The position numbers and the translations under genes are program-made. The notes beneath the pieces are model-generated. The model was not told the origin of the DNA. It made no database searches and was given only the letters and a program-made list of their open reading frames with translations. A DNA stretch of 64,000 nucleotides. It comes from a virus. Of the stretch, positions 19,902 to 28,663 are shown piece by piece. Position 1 is the first letter of the stretch. Each line of letters begins with the position of its first letter. Location of the stretch: positions 32,001-96,000 of the IMG/VR virus record IMGVR_UViG_3300037264_003623. One strand, given 5' to 3'.

Positions 19902-20480
19902 ATGGCGGAGGCGGGAGGAAGGGTTTGCTCGTGCGGCCATCCCGAGTCGTCGCACGACCGGTTCGGCTGCCACTATGGCGGCTGCCCTTGTCCCCGCTTC
20001 GACCCCTTGCCTTCCTTGGCAGAGAACTTCAAGGAGGTCATCGACCTTGTGCGCCTCGCAATCGAGCTGCACCCACAGCTCAAGATGTACTGGTATTACT
20101 CTCCTCGGGGTCACCGGCGCTACCTGATGCCCACCCGGGTTGGGAAGTCGAGGCGCTACTCGACGGGCACCCTGAAAGGTGACACGGAAGCGGCCCCCGT
20201 AGGGCTCGGATCCGGGTCGGCCGCGCCCTCAAACCCCTCCGGAATCGGTCGCGGGGCCGTCCAGGCTGCCCCCAGGAACCAGCGCGAAGCCTCTTGGGCC
20301 ACTTCCCCGCATGGGCGCGGCGGCCTCCTCGCTCCGGGCCGCGGGCGCCGTCTCCCCTTCTCCATCAACGACTTGCATCCCACCAGGAACCAGGACGCAC
20401 ACGCATACCCCCTCGATGGGTATGCGCCGGCTCTCAAAAACGTCGCAAGTCCTCGCGCACGAGGGATTTACGTCAGATAG
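19902..20480 (+). CDS. Cys/His-motif protein whose 3' end comes from an insertion
   Basis: CSCGH..H..C...CPC; 20040-20125 duplicated at 21115-21200; start uncertain. Confidence 0.55.
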   Translation: MAEAGGRVCSCGHPESSHDRFGCHYGGCPCPRFDPLPSLAENFKEVIDLVRLAIELHPQLKMYWYYSPRGHRRYLMPTRVGKSRRYSTGTLKGDTEAAPVGLGSGSAAPSNPSGIGRGAVQAAPRNQREASWATSPHGRGGLLAPGRGRRLPFSINDLHPTRNQDAHAYPLDGYAPALKNVASPRARGIYVR

Positions 20481-20500
20481 AGAAGTCATAGGAGGAGGCT

Positions 20501-20710
20501 ATGAGAGCGGAAACGAGTGAGGAAACGAGGTCCCCGACGAGGGTGATGTCGTCTGCCCTGGAGAAGGCGGGGTTCCGGGACCTGGGGGCGTACTTCCGGG
20601 CGAGGACGAGGGCGACGTTCGTCGTAATGTCAAGGGAGATGGGGGTTTCGGGCGAGACAGTGAGGCGGTGGTACAGGGATTGGTCGGGGGTGAACTCGGA
20701 CTGCTCGTAG
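20501..20710 (+). CDS. small HTH protein
   Basis: AGGAGG RBS; MSREMGVSGETVRRWY. Confidence 0.6.
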   Translation: MRAETSEETRSPTRVMSSALEKAGFRDLGAYFRARTRATFVVMSREMGVSGETVRRWYRDWSGVNSDCS

Positions 20711-20741
20711 GAAGACGATTCCCAACTCTCCGTCTTTGCAT

Positions 20742-20839
20742 GCCTCTTGGAGAGGCGTGTTATTCCCTTGATCCGCCTCTGGGAGAGGCGTATTATCCCC
20801 AGGAAAGCACTTGACCAGCCTCTCGGAGAGGCGTATAAT
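20742..20839 (+). promoter_or_regulatory. three palindromic operator repeats GCCTCTnGGAGAGGCGT and promoter TTGACC-17-TATAAT
   Basis: Copies at 20742, 20775, 20818; -35 at 20811, -10 at 20834. Confidence 0.8.
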
Positions 20840-20845
20840 AGAGAC

Positions 20846-21112
20846 ATGACCAGAACGAGGAAGCACACGAAGGAGATCCGGGTCTGGGTCACGCCGGAGC
20901 TCGACGCTCTGTTGGGGGAGAAGGCAGGGACGGAGGGCCGGAGCAAGTCCGATTTCGTGAGGAGGCTGTTGGAGGGGGTGCTGTCTCCAGGCCAGGCGGA
21001 TTCCCATCGAGCGGCCCCCGCTGATGCTTCCTCCCGCGCCGCGCCTTGGGGGACATCGGTGAAGTTGACGCGGACCAGCATGAGCTCGGACGAGTTCCTG
21101 AAGGACACGTAG
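20846..21112 (+). CDS. ribbon-helix-helix (CopG-like) regulator
   Basis: EIRVWVTPELDALLGEKAGTEGRSKSDFVRRLL; ATG 7 nt after -10. Confidence 0.7.
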   Translation: MTRTRKHTKEIRVWVTPELDALLGEKAGTEGRSKSDFVRRLLEGVLSPGQADSHRAAPADASSRAAPWGTSVKLTRTSMSSDEFLKDT

Positions 21113-21114
21113 GA

Positions 21115-21219
21115 TTCGACCTAGTGCGCCTCGCACTGGATCTGCACCCGCAACTCAAGATGTATTGGGATCACTCTCCACGTCGATGGAGGCGTCACCT
21201 GATCTGGAGGACGCGATGA
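21115..21219 (+). pseudogene. displaced original 3' end of the 19902 gene
   Basis: FDLVRLALDLHPQLKMYWDHSPRRWRRHL vs IDLVRLAIELHPQLKMYWYYSPRGHRRYL; stop overlaps next ATG. Confidence 0.8.
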
Positions 21220-21632
21220 GGAAGGCTCGGTTCAAGGTGAAGAAGGCGGAGCCCTGGCTGTGCCTGCTGTGCGGGAAGCCCGTGTCCCAGCCCGTGCTCC
21301 TGAGGGGGAGGGGCGGGGCGAACGTGGTCTCCCACGAGTTCGGCCAGGCCCTGCACTTCTACATGCCGGGGAACTGGGGCTCGGGCATCTGGGACCCCTG
21401 CTCTACGAGCTCCACGCAGACGAGGCTGGAGGGCGCGATCTGCGACGTCTGCCTGATGCCTCTGCTCAAGAGGGTGCGCGTGGTGCGCTTCAGGGAGGAG
21501 TACCACGAGGTCTACAGCGAGCCGCACCCTGTGTGGGAGAAGGAGCAGAAGAGGCTGCACAGGGAGAGGCTCAAACACGAGAGGCGCGAGAAGGCCAGGA
21601 GGGGGAGATGCCGGGTGAAGAAGAGTTCGTGA
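21216..21632 (+). CDS. zinc-finger hypothetical protein
   Basis: CLLC...ICDVC. Confidence 0.65.
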   Translation: MRKARFKVKKAEPWLCLLCGKPVSQPVLLRGRGGANVVSHEFGQALHFYMPGNWGSGIWDPCSTSSTQTRLEGAICDVCLMPLLKRVRVVRFREEYHEVYSEPHPVWEKEQKRLHRERLKHERREKARRGRCRVKKSS

Positions 21633-21856
21633 AGTGCGCGTGCTGCAAGGAAGAGGTCGCGGGCGAGGACATCATCAAGTGCTCGCGCTGCAAGCGCGGT
21701 GTGTGTGACGAGTGCTACCTCGTGACGTGCGCGGGCAGCATGTGTGAGGACTGCGCCGCGGGCGAGGAAGAGGACGACGAGGATCCCGGCGATAGTGATG
21801 AGCGTGATGAGTGGGATGAAGAGGAAGAAGAGGAAGAGGACACTGACGAGGACTGA
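21608..21856 (+). CDS. Cys-rich protein with acidic tail
   Basis: Four CxxC pairs followed by poly-D/E. Confidence 0.65.
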   Translation: MPGEEEFVKCACCKEEVAGEDIIKCSRCKRGVCDECYLVTCAGSMCEDCAAGEEEDDEDPGDSDERDEWDEEEEEEEDTDED

Positions 21857-22121
21857 CAGTGCTGACTCCGAGTGACAGGAGGAGGCATCTTCTACACGGG
21901 CATGAGACCAGGGGGGTGGTCAAACTTTCCTCCGCATGCCGATCGATCGCCCCCTGCACCGCCTCCCATCGCCCCTCCCGCCTTGCACATACTGGGCGGA
22001 ATTATGCGGGGTCGGGGCGTGTCGGCCTGCCCACAATGTTCCCTCCTGTGGATCGGATCGGCTCCCCGGATGGCCTCCGGAAATTTCGGTGGATTTCCCC
22101 CCGGTTTTTCGGGGATTCTAC

Positions 22122-22161
22122 TTGACGAAAGGCCAGAAACACATATAATATGTGTGTCAAG
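22122..22161 (+). promoter_or_regulatory. early promoter TTGACG-N16-TATAAT with downstream GTCAAG
   Basis: Repeated family. Confidence 0.85.
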
Positions 22162-22176
22162 ATAAAGGAGTCAGAG

Positions 22177-22452
22177 ATGAGCGAGACGAACGTGGACTTG
22201 GGGACGGCGTACATCGCGGTGCGTAGGGAGGGGGCGACGGGGATCGAGTTCGGCGACTCCTCGACGTTGAGCCGCTACTTGGTGGACGCGGTTCGGTCCG
22301 CGAGAAGGCATGACAAGCTTCGTGATTCTGCGTCCAGCGACTACCCTGTGGTGCGGTTCGCCACGGTGCAGTTGGTCGAGGTGGCGGACGCGACGAAGGA
22401 TGCCTGCATGGAGGAGATCGAGGCGGCTATGGGCCTGCGGGGGGAGGGGTAG
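22177..22452 (+). CDS. hypothetical early protein
   Basis: AAGGAG RBS after promoter. Confidence 0.6.
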   Translation: MSETNVDLGTAYIAVRREGATGIEFGDSSTLSRYLVDAVRSARRHDKLRDSASSDYPVVRFATVQLVEVADATKDACMEEIEAAMGLRGEG

Positions 22453-22521
22453 GGGGAGATCAATCCGAGGTGCCACTGGTTCAAGAACACGAGGGAGAGG
22501 GCGGCATAGCCGGTCTTTCTT

Positions 22522-22549
22522 TTGACGAAGGCGGGAAAACGCCTATAAC
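22522..22549 (+). promoter_or_regulatory. promoter TTGACG-N16-TATAAC
   Basis: Repeated family variant. Confidence 0.7.
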
Positions 22550-22581
22550 ATGGGTGTTGTTTCAAGGCAAGGGAGGAAGCG

Positions 22582-22839
22582 ATGGTGATCAAGCTGAGGT
22601 CCGAGCGCAAGGGCGGGCACGTCCACGAGCGGGTGTTCGTCGGCCCCGACGAGGGGCACCTCGCCCTGGCGGGGACTCTGGTGCTCGACGTCGGGCAGTG
22701 GCAGGAGCTCGGGGCCGCGCTGCTCCTCGGGGCGGGCAGGATGCACGGGAGAGTGAAGGTGCTGCTGGAGGGGGATCGGCAGGTCGTCGGCGGGTTCGAC
22801 GAGATCCCGGAGGTCACCGAGGGGAGGGTCGAGGGGTGA
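22582..22839 (+). CDS. hypothetical protein
   Basis: GGAGG RBS. Confidence 0.65.
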   Translation: MVIKLRSERKGGHVHERVFVGPDEGHLALAGTLVLDVGQWQELGAALLLGAGRMHGRVKVLLEGDRQVVGGFDEIPEVTEGRVEG

Positions 22840-23318
22840 GCAAGGGCCGGAGGATCTTCAGGCGGGTCAACCCGTTCGTCGGTCGCTCGAAGTGCGCGCC
22901 GAAGTCGAAGGTCGACCACTACCTAGATCTCCCCGGCGGGCTCTTCGTCGTCTACAAGGACGGGACGAAGATCAGGTCCGGCTACTCGCTCTACGACCTC
23001 CTTGGGCCGGACAAGCCGGAGGGCGACATCATCGAGGTCGACGGGCAGGGCCGGGAGATCAAGGCGTGGCGGGGGCTGGGCGAGGATCGGGAGGGGGAGA
23101 GGATGACCGAGGAACGGAAGACCCTGATCAGGCGGGCGAGGCGCGAGTGCTCTAAGTGCTACCGCGGGCCGAAGATCGTGGGGCATGCGTTCACGGCCTT
23201 CATCTGCTCCCTGTGCGGGGAGGAGAAGTCTTACCCAAACACGGGCGTCCCGAAGGTCTGCGACGAGTGTTGCGAGAAGAAGGGGGTCTGCTGTAGATGC
23301 GGCGGGCCTATGGATTGA
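22836..23318 (+). CDS. hypothetical protein with C-terminal Cys-rich domain
   Basis: GTGA overlap; several CxxC; possible internal start at 23103. Confidence 0.55.
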   Translation: MSKGRRIFRRVNPFVGRSKCAPKSKVDHYLDLPGGLFVVYKDGTKIRSGYSLYDLLGPDKPEGDIIEVDGQGREIKAWRGLGEDREGERMTEERKTLIRRARRECSKCYRGPKIVGHAFTAFICSLCGEEKSYPNTGVPKVCDECCEKKGVCCRCGGPMD

Positions 23319-23319
23319 C

Positions 23320-23577
23320 ATGAGCGCCAAGAAGAAGCGGATGTCGCTGCAAGAGGTCGTCAATGAACTTGAGAGGAGAACCGGCAGGACCCCGGTGTTC
23401 GTTGACGGTCAGTTCAGGGACCCCAAGACGTGCTCGAAGTCCAAGGACAGGAGGTGCCCGAAGTGCAAGTCGGTCCTGAGGCTAGGCTACGGCTTCGCCG
23501 GGGGCTACGGACTCGGGGGGTACAACTACTGTGAGAAGTGCCACAAGGTCTACGATTTCGTCGAGGACAAGGAGTAG
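23320..23577 (+). CDS. zinc-ribbon protein
   Basis: CPKC..GYGFAGGYGLGGY.YCEKC. Confidence 0.65.
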   Translation: MSAKKKRMSLQEVVNELERRTGRTPVFVDGQFRDPKTCSKSKDRRCPKCKSVLRLGYGFAGGYGLGGYNYCEKCHKVYDFVEDKE

Positions 23578-23580
23578 GGG

Positions 23581-24093
23581 ATGGTCGAGTACACCCACAA
23601 GTCGGCGGTCCTGTCCGAGGACGGGAAGTACCGGTACGTGTTGCGTCGCCAGTGGTCGATGTGCGATGCGACCCAGTTCTTCACCCCCGTCTTCATATGC
23701 TTAAATCCTTCGACCGCCGACGAATCGGTGGACGACCCGACCGTCCGCAGGTGCGTGGGGTTCGCGAAGGCGTGGGGCTGGTGTGAGGTGACCATCCTGA
23801 ACCTCTTCGCCCTGCGCTGCACCGACCCGAGGGGCCTGGTCGGCCATCCCGATCCTCGTGGCCCCGAGAACGAGAAACACCTCCTGGAGTTCGGAAAGTT
23901 CAACCAGGCGATCGCGTGCTGGGGCGTCGGTGGGGCGCTGATGGGAGAGGGGAAGAGGGTAAGCCAGATGCTCGCGTTCCACGGGTGCGAGCTTCTGCAC
24001 CTCGGGCTGACGAAGGATGGGTATCCCAGGCACCCGCTGTATCTCCCATCCTCGGCGAGGCCGGTCTCGTGGGTGTGGCGAAGGAGGATTTGA
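23581..24093 (+). CDS. DUF1643 family protein
   Basis: YRYVLRRQW, LNPSTADESVDDPTVRRC, NLFALR.TDP, LGLTKDGYPRHPLY. Confidence 0.9.
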   Translation: MVEYTHKSAVLSEDGKYRYVLRRQWSMCDATQFFTPVFICLNPSTADESVDDPTVRRCVGFAKAWGWCEVTILNLFALRCTDPRGLVGHPDPRGPENEKHLLEFGKFNQAIACWGVGGALMGEGKRVSQMLAFHGCELLHLGLTKDGYPRHPLYLPSSARPVSWVWRRRI

Positions 24094-24578
24094 TGGACAG
24101 CTACGGTGACACGATGAAGCACATCGGCAGGGTGAGGGAGATCCTGTCGATCGTGGCGGAGAGGCTGAAGAATAGGGGAGTGGGCCACGACCGGTCCAAG
24201 CTGGAGTCTCCGGAGAAGGATGTCCTCGACGAGTTCACCCCGAAGCTGGCTGGGTCCGAGTACGGGGGCGAGGAGTACAAGGGCTTCCTCAAGGCGATGA
24301 AGCCTGCCCTGGACCACCACTACGCGGAGAGCCCTCACCACCCGGAACATTACCCGAACGGAATCAACGACATGACCCTGATCGATCTGGTGGAGATGAT
24401 GGCGGACTGGGCCGCCGCGTCAGAAAGACACCAGAGCGGAAGTGTGGCACGGTCGGTCGAGGTGAACCGGAAACGGTTCGGGCTAACGGACCAGCTTGCC
24501 ACCATCTTCCTCAACACCTACAGGGAACTGGGACTGCTTCCGAAACCGAACGATGCTGGCGCACAAGTCAAGGAATAG
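24093..24578 (+). CDS. DUF5662-like (HD-like) protein with replacement C-terminus
   Basis: HDRSKL, HHY...HHPEH, EMMADW. Confidence 0.75.
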   Translation: MDSYGDTMKHIGRVREILSIVAERLKNRGVGHDRSKLESPEKDVLDEFTPKLAGSEYGGEEYKGFLKAMKPALDHHYAESPHHPEHYPNGINDMTLIDLVEMMADWAAASERHQSGSVARSVEVNRKRFGLTDQLATIFLNTYRELGLLPKPNDAGAQVKE

Positions 24579-25268
24579 CGGCTCATGAATCTTATTCTTC
24601 ATGACATTCACGATCGAGCAGACGAACTGGAAGTTGCCGATCTCGTACCCGAGCCCGGAATCTATCCTATCAATGGACGGGCGGTACGGGGATGCCTTGT
24701 CCACGATCATCGTGATGCCGGACAGGGCGCAGATTCCTCCCTGGAGGAGGAACTGATGGTCGAGATCCTCCTTTGTCAGATTCCACTCGTGGCCCCGGCG
24801 TGCGGCGCTGAACTTCCAGGCGAAGATCAATCGTCCCGCAAAGTTCTCGGAGCCGGTCCAGTTCGCGGTTCGACCGCCGTGCATCTTCATGACGGCGTGG
24901 CGAACGCACCGGGGGCACAGATTCCGGTCGAACACCTTCTTTCCGTGCTGGGGCGTATTCCTGATCAGATGCTTGCCGCAATCTTCGCAGGTGTACTCGA
25001 TCAGAACGGTTCGGTCCCTGGAGGCGAAGCAGGAGCGGCACCACGACGAAAGACCGTCGCTGGAGCGAGAGTTCTTCGTAAACGACGCGGCGGGTCTCAT
25101 GACCCCGCAATGACTGCATGTCTTGGACTTTACCAAGCGCGGCGGTTGTCTCTGCGCCTCGACTTGGCACCGGTGCGAGCAGTAGACGCGGGTGTGGCAC
25201 CTCGGATGGAAGACTTCTTTGCATGTGGGACAGATGATCGACGTGAGGTGATGATAGATTCGGGCCAT
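24483..25268 (-). CDS. HNH/His-Me homing endonuclease (SxDRID type)
   Basis: Zn ribbons; CALSG..PSIDRIDSGLGYEIGN...VN; AAGGAGG RBS; TTGCCT-16-TATAAT at 25326-25299. Confidence 0.85.
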   Translation of the reverse strand: MARIYHHLTSIICPTCKEVFHPRCHTRVYCSHRCQVEAQRQPPRLVKSKTCSHCGVMRPAASFTKNSRSSDGLSSWCRSCFASRDRTVLIEYTCEDCGKHLIRNTPQHGKKVFDRNLCPRCVRHAVMKMHGGRTANWTGSENFAGRLIFAWKFSAARRGHEWNLTKEDLDHQFLLQGGICALSGITMIVDKASPYRPSIDRIDSGLGYEIGNFQFVCSIVNVMKNKIHEPLFLDLCASIVRFRKQSQFPVGVEEDGGKLVR

Positions 25269-25328
25269 GCTTCCTCCTTGTTAAAAGTTCCTATCTCTAT
25301 TATACCTGATAGCAGCTACAAGGCAATA

Positions 25329-25463
25329 GCGTCAGAAAGGCACATCACGGGGGATGTGCTCAAGAGCATCGAGATCAACACGAAGCGGTTCTCGATCTCT
25401 CCCCAGCTCGCGGCGATTCTGGTGAACACGGTGAGGGAGATATGGCCGAAGAAGGAGGGGTAG
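25329..25463 (+). pseudogene. displaced original 3' end of the DUF5662-like gene
   Basis: ASERHITGDVLKSIEINTKRF..QLAAILVNT vs ASERHQSGSVARSVEVNRKRF..QLATIFLNT. Confidence 0.85.
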
Positions 25464-25700
25464 ATGCCGATTCTCAGCATCGAGATCACCTGCTTGAAGA
25501 CGCGGTGCGAGGGGTGCTACCACTGCCACTATGGGAAGGAGCGCAGGCTTGTCCCGGACATCACCTGTTCTCTCTTCGGTAGGGCGCTCCAGGCCCCGGG
25601 CGGGAGCCCGCTGCGCCTGAAGCAGTGCGTAGCGGCGGAGGCAAGGGCGCACCTTACCGAGACGGCGCGTAAGGCCCTGGCGATGTGCGGGGTGGTGTGA
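25464..25700 (+). CDS. Cys-rich hypothetical protein
   Basis: TAGATG coupling. Confidence 0.6.
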   Translation: MPILSIEITCLKTRCEGCYHCHYGKERRLVPDITCSLFGRALQAPGGSPLRLKQCVAAEARAHLTETARKALAMCGVV

Positions 25701-25923
25701 TGTGGACCGTGATCCGCGACGAGAAGGGGATGGCCGTTGCCCTCGGGTGGGACCCGAGGCCGGATCCCCCGAAACTGAGGATTCCCAAGCAGCGGCCCTA
25801 CCCTCAGGCGGAGCGGTGGTGCCGTGAACGCGGGATGCTCGACGGGGACGGGTGCCTCAAGGAGGAGGAGAAGTCGAAGTGAACATCATCGACGGGAAGT
25901 GGCGGAAGTACAAGCGGGACTAG

Positions 25924-26607
25924 ATGGTCGCGCTGAAGGAGCCGGTCCAGGTCGTGAAGGTCGGCTACGAGGTTGGCCGGGACGAGATCATGGAGCAGCT
26001 CGCGAGGGAGGCGAGCCCGGTGCCCGCGGATGCTCCGACCGGTTTCGAGGGGGACTACTTCCCGTTCAAGGACTTCGTCTTCCATGTCGTGTCGGGGCAC
26101 AACCTTCTCTGGAAGTACTGGAACGATAGGGAGAACTTCAGGAAGCATCTCGACTCGCTCCTGGGGGACGCCCTTGGATCCGCCGACATCGGCGAGGTCC
26201 TCCAGTCCATCGACATGGCGGTGGTGAGGCGGATGGTCCGGGCGCGGGTCCGGCAGGAGCTTGTCGGGAATCGAAAGCGGATCCTCTGGACCGAGCCGAT
26301 CGAAGGTGATGCGGATGAATCGTGGAGGGGGCCCTGGGCGGTGCGCGGGTGGAGGATGGCGACCACCGGGACGTACACCCCCGGGTATGGGGGTGGGTAT
26401 GGGGGTGGGGAGGATGAGGAGGGACCCTCGATCAGGAACGTGAAGCACCATGTCCTTCTGCTGGTCGAATGGGTCGGGGAAGGCGGGCTTAGGGGGGGCA
26501 GTTACGTCGTCGAAAAGGGGAACACTTACCCCTGGACGAATGTGGCGACGGCGAACACCCTGATGGAGGAGGATCGGTCATTGATGTTGGTCGATCCGTT
26601 TGCATGA
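25924..26607 (+). CDS. hypothetical protein (may start at GTG 25879 through an in-frame TAG)
   Basis: GC3-biased ORF. Confidence 0.65.
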   Translation: MVALKEPVQVVKVGYEVGRDEIMEQLAREASPVPADAPTGFEGDYFPFKDFVFHVVSGHNLLWKYWNDRENFRKHLDSLLGDALGSADIGEVLQSIDMAVVRRMVRARVRQELVGNRKRILWTEPIEGDADESWRGPWAVRGWRMATTGTYTPGYGGGYGGGEDEEGPSIRNVKHHVLLLVEWVGEGGLRGGSYVVEKGNTYPWTNVATANTLMEEDRSLMLVDPFA

Positions 26608-26984
26608 TGAGCGAGTGCGTGAGGTGCGGGTACTGCTGCACGGTAGCCTCGTGTGGTTTCGGGGAGTGGAACCCGACGCTGGGGCAGTGCAGGTTCCTGA
26701 CCGGCGACAACCTCTGTGGCAAGCACGAGGAGATCTTCGTCATGGAAGGATCCGACGTCAGCCCCGCGTTCGGGAAGGGGTGTCCCTCCTCGCTGTTCAA
26801 CGAGCGGCGGGACGCGAAGATTAGGGGGGACTGGCCCAAGACATCGCAGGGGAAGGACATCGACATGAGCTTGGAGTTCGTTGGCCGGTTTCTCCGGTTC
26901 CCGGACGTGAACGAGGATTTCGAGTTCGGAGGGTACGCCTACGTCTACAAGGGCAACCGGGTGTGGGAAAGGAAGAAGGGATGA
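26604..26984 (+). CDS. CxxCxxCC (YkgJ-like) cysteine-cluster protein
   Basis: CVRCGYCC...C..L....C. Confidence 0.6.
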   Translation: MMSECVRCGYCCTVASCGFGEWNPTLGQCRFLTGDNLCGKHEEIFVMEGSDVSPAFGKGCPSSLFNERRDAKIRGDWPKTSQGKDIDMSLEFVGRFLRFPDVNEDFEFGGYAYVYKGNRVWERKKG

Positions 26985-27553
26985 GCCTACTTGTGGGGAT
27001 CGACGAGGTGGGGCTCGGGCCTCTCGCGGGTCCCGTTGTGGCGGCGGCGGTCCTGATCGAGGACGGCGCGGTGCCCGGGGTGCGCGACTCGAAGAAGGTG
27101 CCGGAAGGGCGGCGGTACGCCCTGGCGGAGGAGATCCGGCAGAAGGCCAAGTGGTTCCACATCGCCCGGCGGGGGCCGGAGGACGTGAACGCCCACAACA
27201 CGATCTGGTGCTGGCGGGCGGTCCTATACGAGGCGGCGAAGGCGGCGCACCTCGCCTGGCCGGAGGTGGAAATCCTGATCGACGGGCCGGGGAAGAAGGA
27301 GTGGCGGGGGACGCTGACCTACGCCCGGTTCGTCCCCGGCGGCGACGACAACGTGTACCAGGTTGCGGCGGCCTCCCTGTTGGCGAAGGCGGCGAGGGAC
27401 CTGGAGATGATCGAGATGGGGGAGAAGTTCCCGAAGTACACCTTCGGCCACCACAAGGGATATGGAGTTCCGGCCCATCTGGCCGAGATCCGGCGGTGGG
27501 GACTGTGCGAGATCCACCGGCGCGTGCCCGCGATGCACGCGATCGAACGGTGA
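26981..27553 (+). CDS. rnhB: ribonuclease HII
   Basis: GIDEVGLGPLAGPVVAAA, DSKK, IDG, AAASLLAK, HKGYG. Confidence 0.92.
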   Translation: MSLLVGIDEVGLGPLAGPVVAAAVLIEDGAVPGVRDSKKVPEGRRYALAEEIRQKAKWFHIARRGPEDVNAHNTIWCWRAVLYEAAKAAHLAWPEVEILIDGPGKKEWRGTLTYARFVPGGDDNVYQVAAASLLAKAARDLEMIEMGEKFPKYTFGHHKGYGVPAHLAEIRRWGLCEIHRRVPAMHAIER

Positions 27554-27557
27554 GGAC

Positions 27558-27629
27558 GCCAGCGTGGCGCAACGGTAGCGCGGCGGTTTTGTAAATCGCA
27601 GGTTGGGAGTTCGAGTCTCCCCGCTGGCT
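27558..27629 (+). tRNA. tRNA-Thr(TGT), no encoded CCA
   Basis: GCCAGCG/CGCTGGC acceptor; GCGGT-TTTGTAA-ATCGC; GTTCGA T-loop. Confidence 0.9.
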
Positions 27630-27745
27630 CTCGGTTTTTTCAGGATTCCTTGCCCAATCCCCGGGTTCTCCGTCATTCCTTGTCACGGATTCTCGTACAT
27701 AGGGATGTGAGGGGCGAAGTGAAACGCCCCGAAAGGAGGACGGAG

Positions 27746-27955
27746 ATGGGCAGGTTCTACGACTTTTTCGATGAGGTGGACGGGATCGGCAACCTAGTCA
27801 ACGCCGAGGCGATCCTGGGGGAGAGGTACTTCCAGGAGGGGTACAGGGGCAAGGCGCTCCGCCGGAAGGTCCGGTGGGCGATGATCATGATCCGGCACAT
27901 GGATCGGCTCGACATGGCCGACGTTGTCCCCCTCTGGGAGATGGAGGTGGGGTAG
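27746..27955 (+). CDS. hypothetical protein
   Basis: AAGGAGG/GGAG RBS. Confidence 0.55.
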   Translation: MGRFYDFFDEVDGIGNLVNAEAILGERYFQEGYRGKALRRKVRWAMIMIRHMDRLDMADVVPLWEMEVG

Positions 27956-28181
27956 AATGGGAGGTGGACCTTCGGGGGCCGACCGATGGAAGACAGAGAC
28001 AAGCCCTGGTACCACTGGCAGATCCGGTGCCAGGAGGATGGGGACGACGGGTGGACGTGCATCGCTAACATCAACGGGGGCAAGGCGGGCCCCTGCATGT
28101 TCAGGAGCAGGGGTGAGGCGGAGAGGAAGTGCCCCGTCTACAAGCCGGAGGGATGACCTCCGATTTTTTTTGTTTTCCCCC

Positions 28182-28221
28182 TTGACGAAAGGGACGAAAC
28201 GCATATAATATGAGTGTCAAG
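28182..28221 (+). promoter_or_regulatory. early promoter TTGACG-N16-TATAAT-GTCAAG with upstream T-tract
   Basis: Repeated family. Confidence 0.85.
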
Positions 28222-28231
28222 AGCGAAGGAG

Positions 28232-28468
28232 ATGATGATGGCCGAGACGACGACCCTGACGGCGGAACAGCAGAAGGAGTTCGTGAGGCTGGTGGGGGCG
28301 CTCTCCCCGGAGAACCTGTACTGCGACGGCGAGATCTCGCACGCCCAGGGCGTCAAGAAGTACAAGGCCCTGCGGAAGCAGTGGTGGGCCCTGGAGATCA
28401 GGGTCGGCCGCAAGGTGACCGAGGACGAGGTGTGGGCGGCCCACATGGCCGAGAATCGAAAGGAGTAG
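28232..28468 (+). CDS. hypothetical protein (LSPENLYCDGE motif)
   Basis: AAGGAG RBS after promoter. Confidence 0.7.
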   Translation: MMMAETTTLTAEQQKEFVRLVGALSPENLYCDGEISHAQGVKKYKALRKQWWALEIRVGRKVTEDEVWAAHMAENRKE

Positions 28469-28470
28469 AG

Positions 28471-28637
28471 GCCCCCTGGAAGAGGGGAGGGAGGGGCGCT
28501 GGCCGATCCGCAGGTAGCCGGTGCCCTATGCTCCGGGGGATGCGGGCCCCTGGCTTGTCCTTCCACGCAGGCCTCCGTCGCCCCTACGGTGGCGGAGGAC
28601 CTGCGGGTGGGCTCGGTTCTCCTCTCTTTCAGCGGGC
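28471..28637 (+). ncRNA. candidate multibranched structured RNA
   Basis: About 20-bp closing stem enclosing three hairpins, two with complementary loops. Confidence 0.6.
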
Positions 28638-28663
28638 TTCTGGGGAAGCGGACAGAAAATGAT

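Noticed and set aside
21860-22120. Non-coding gap as replication origin or genome terminus
   Set aside because: Only short palindromes; cannot be supported without read coverage
22150-22176. ORF-track starts immediately after TATAAT (22150, 28210/28214, 40105/40109, 47864)
   Set aside because: They lie inside the promoter repeat; downstream RBS-linked ATGs fit better
24585-25463. 292-aa plus-strand ORF across the inverted endonuclease
   Set aside because: Codon-aligned antisense shadow; only the last 44 codons are a real displaced fragment
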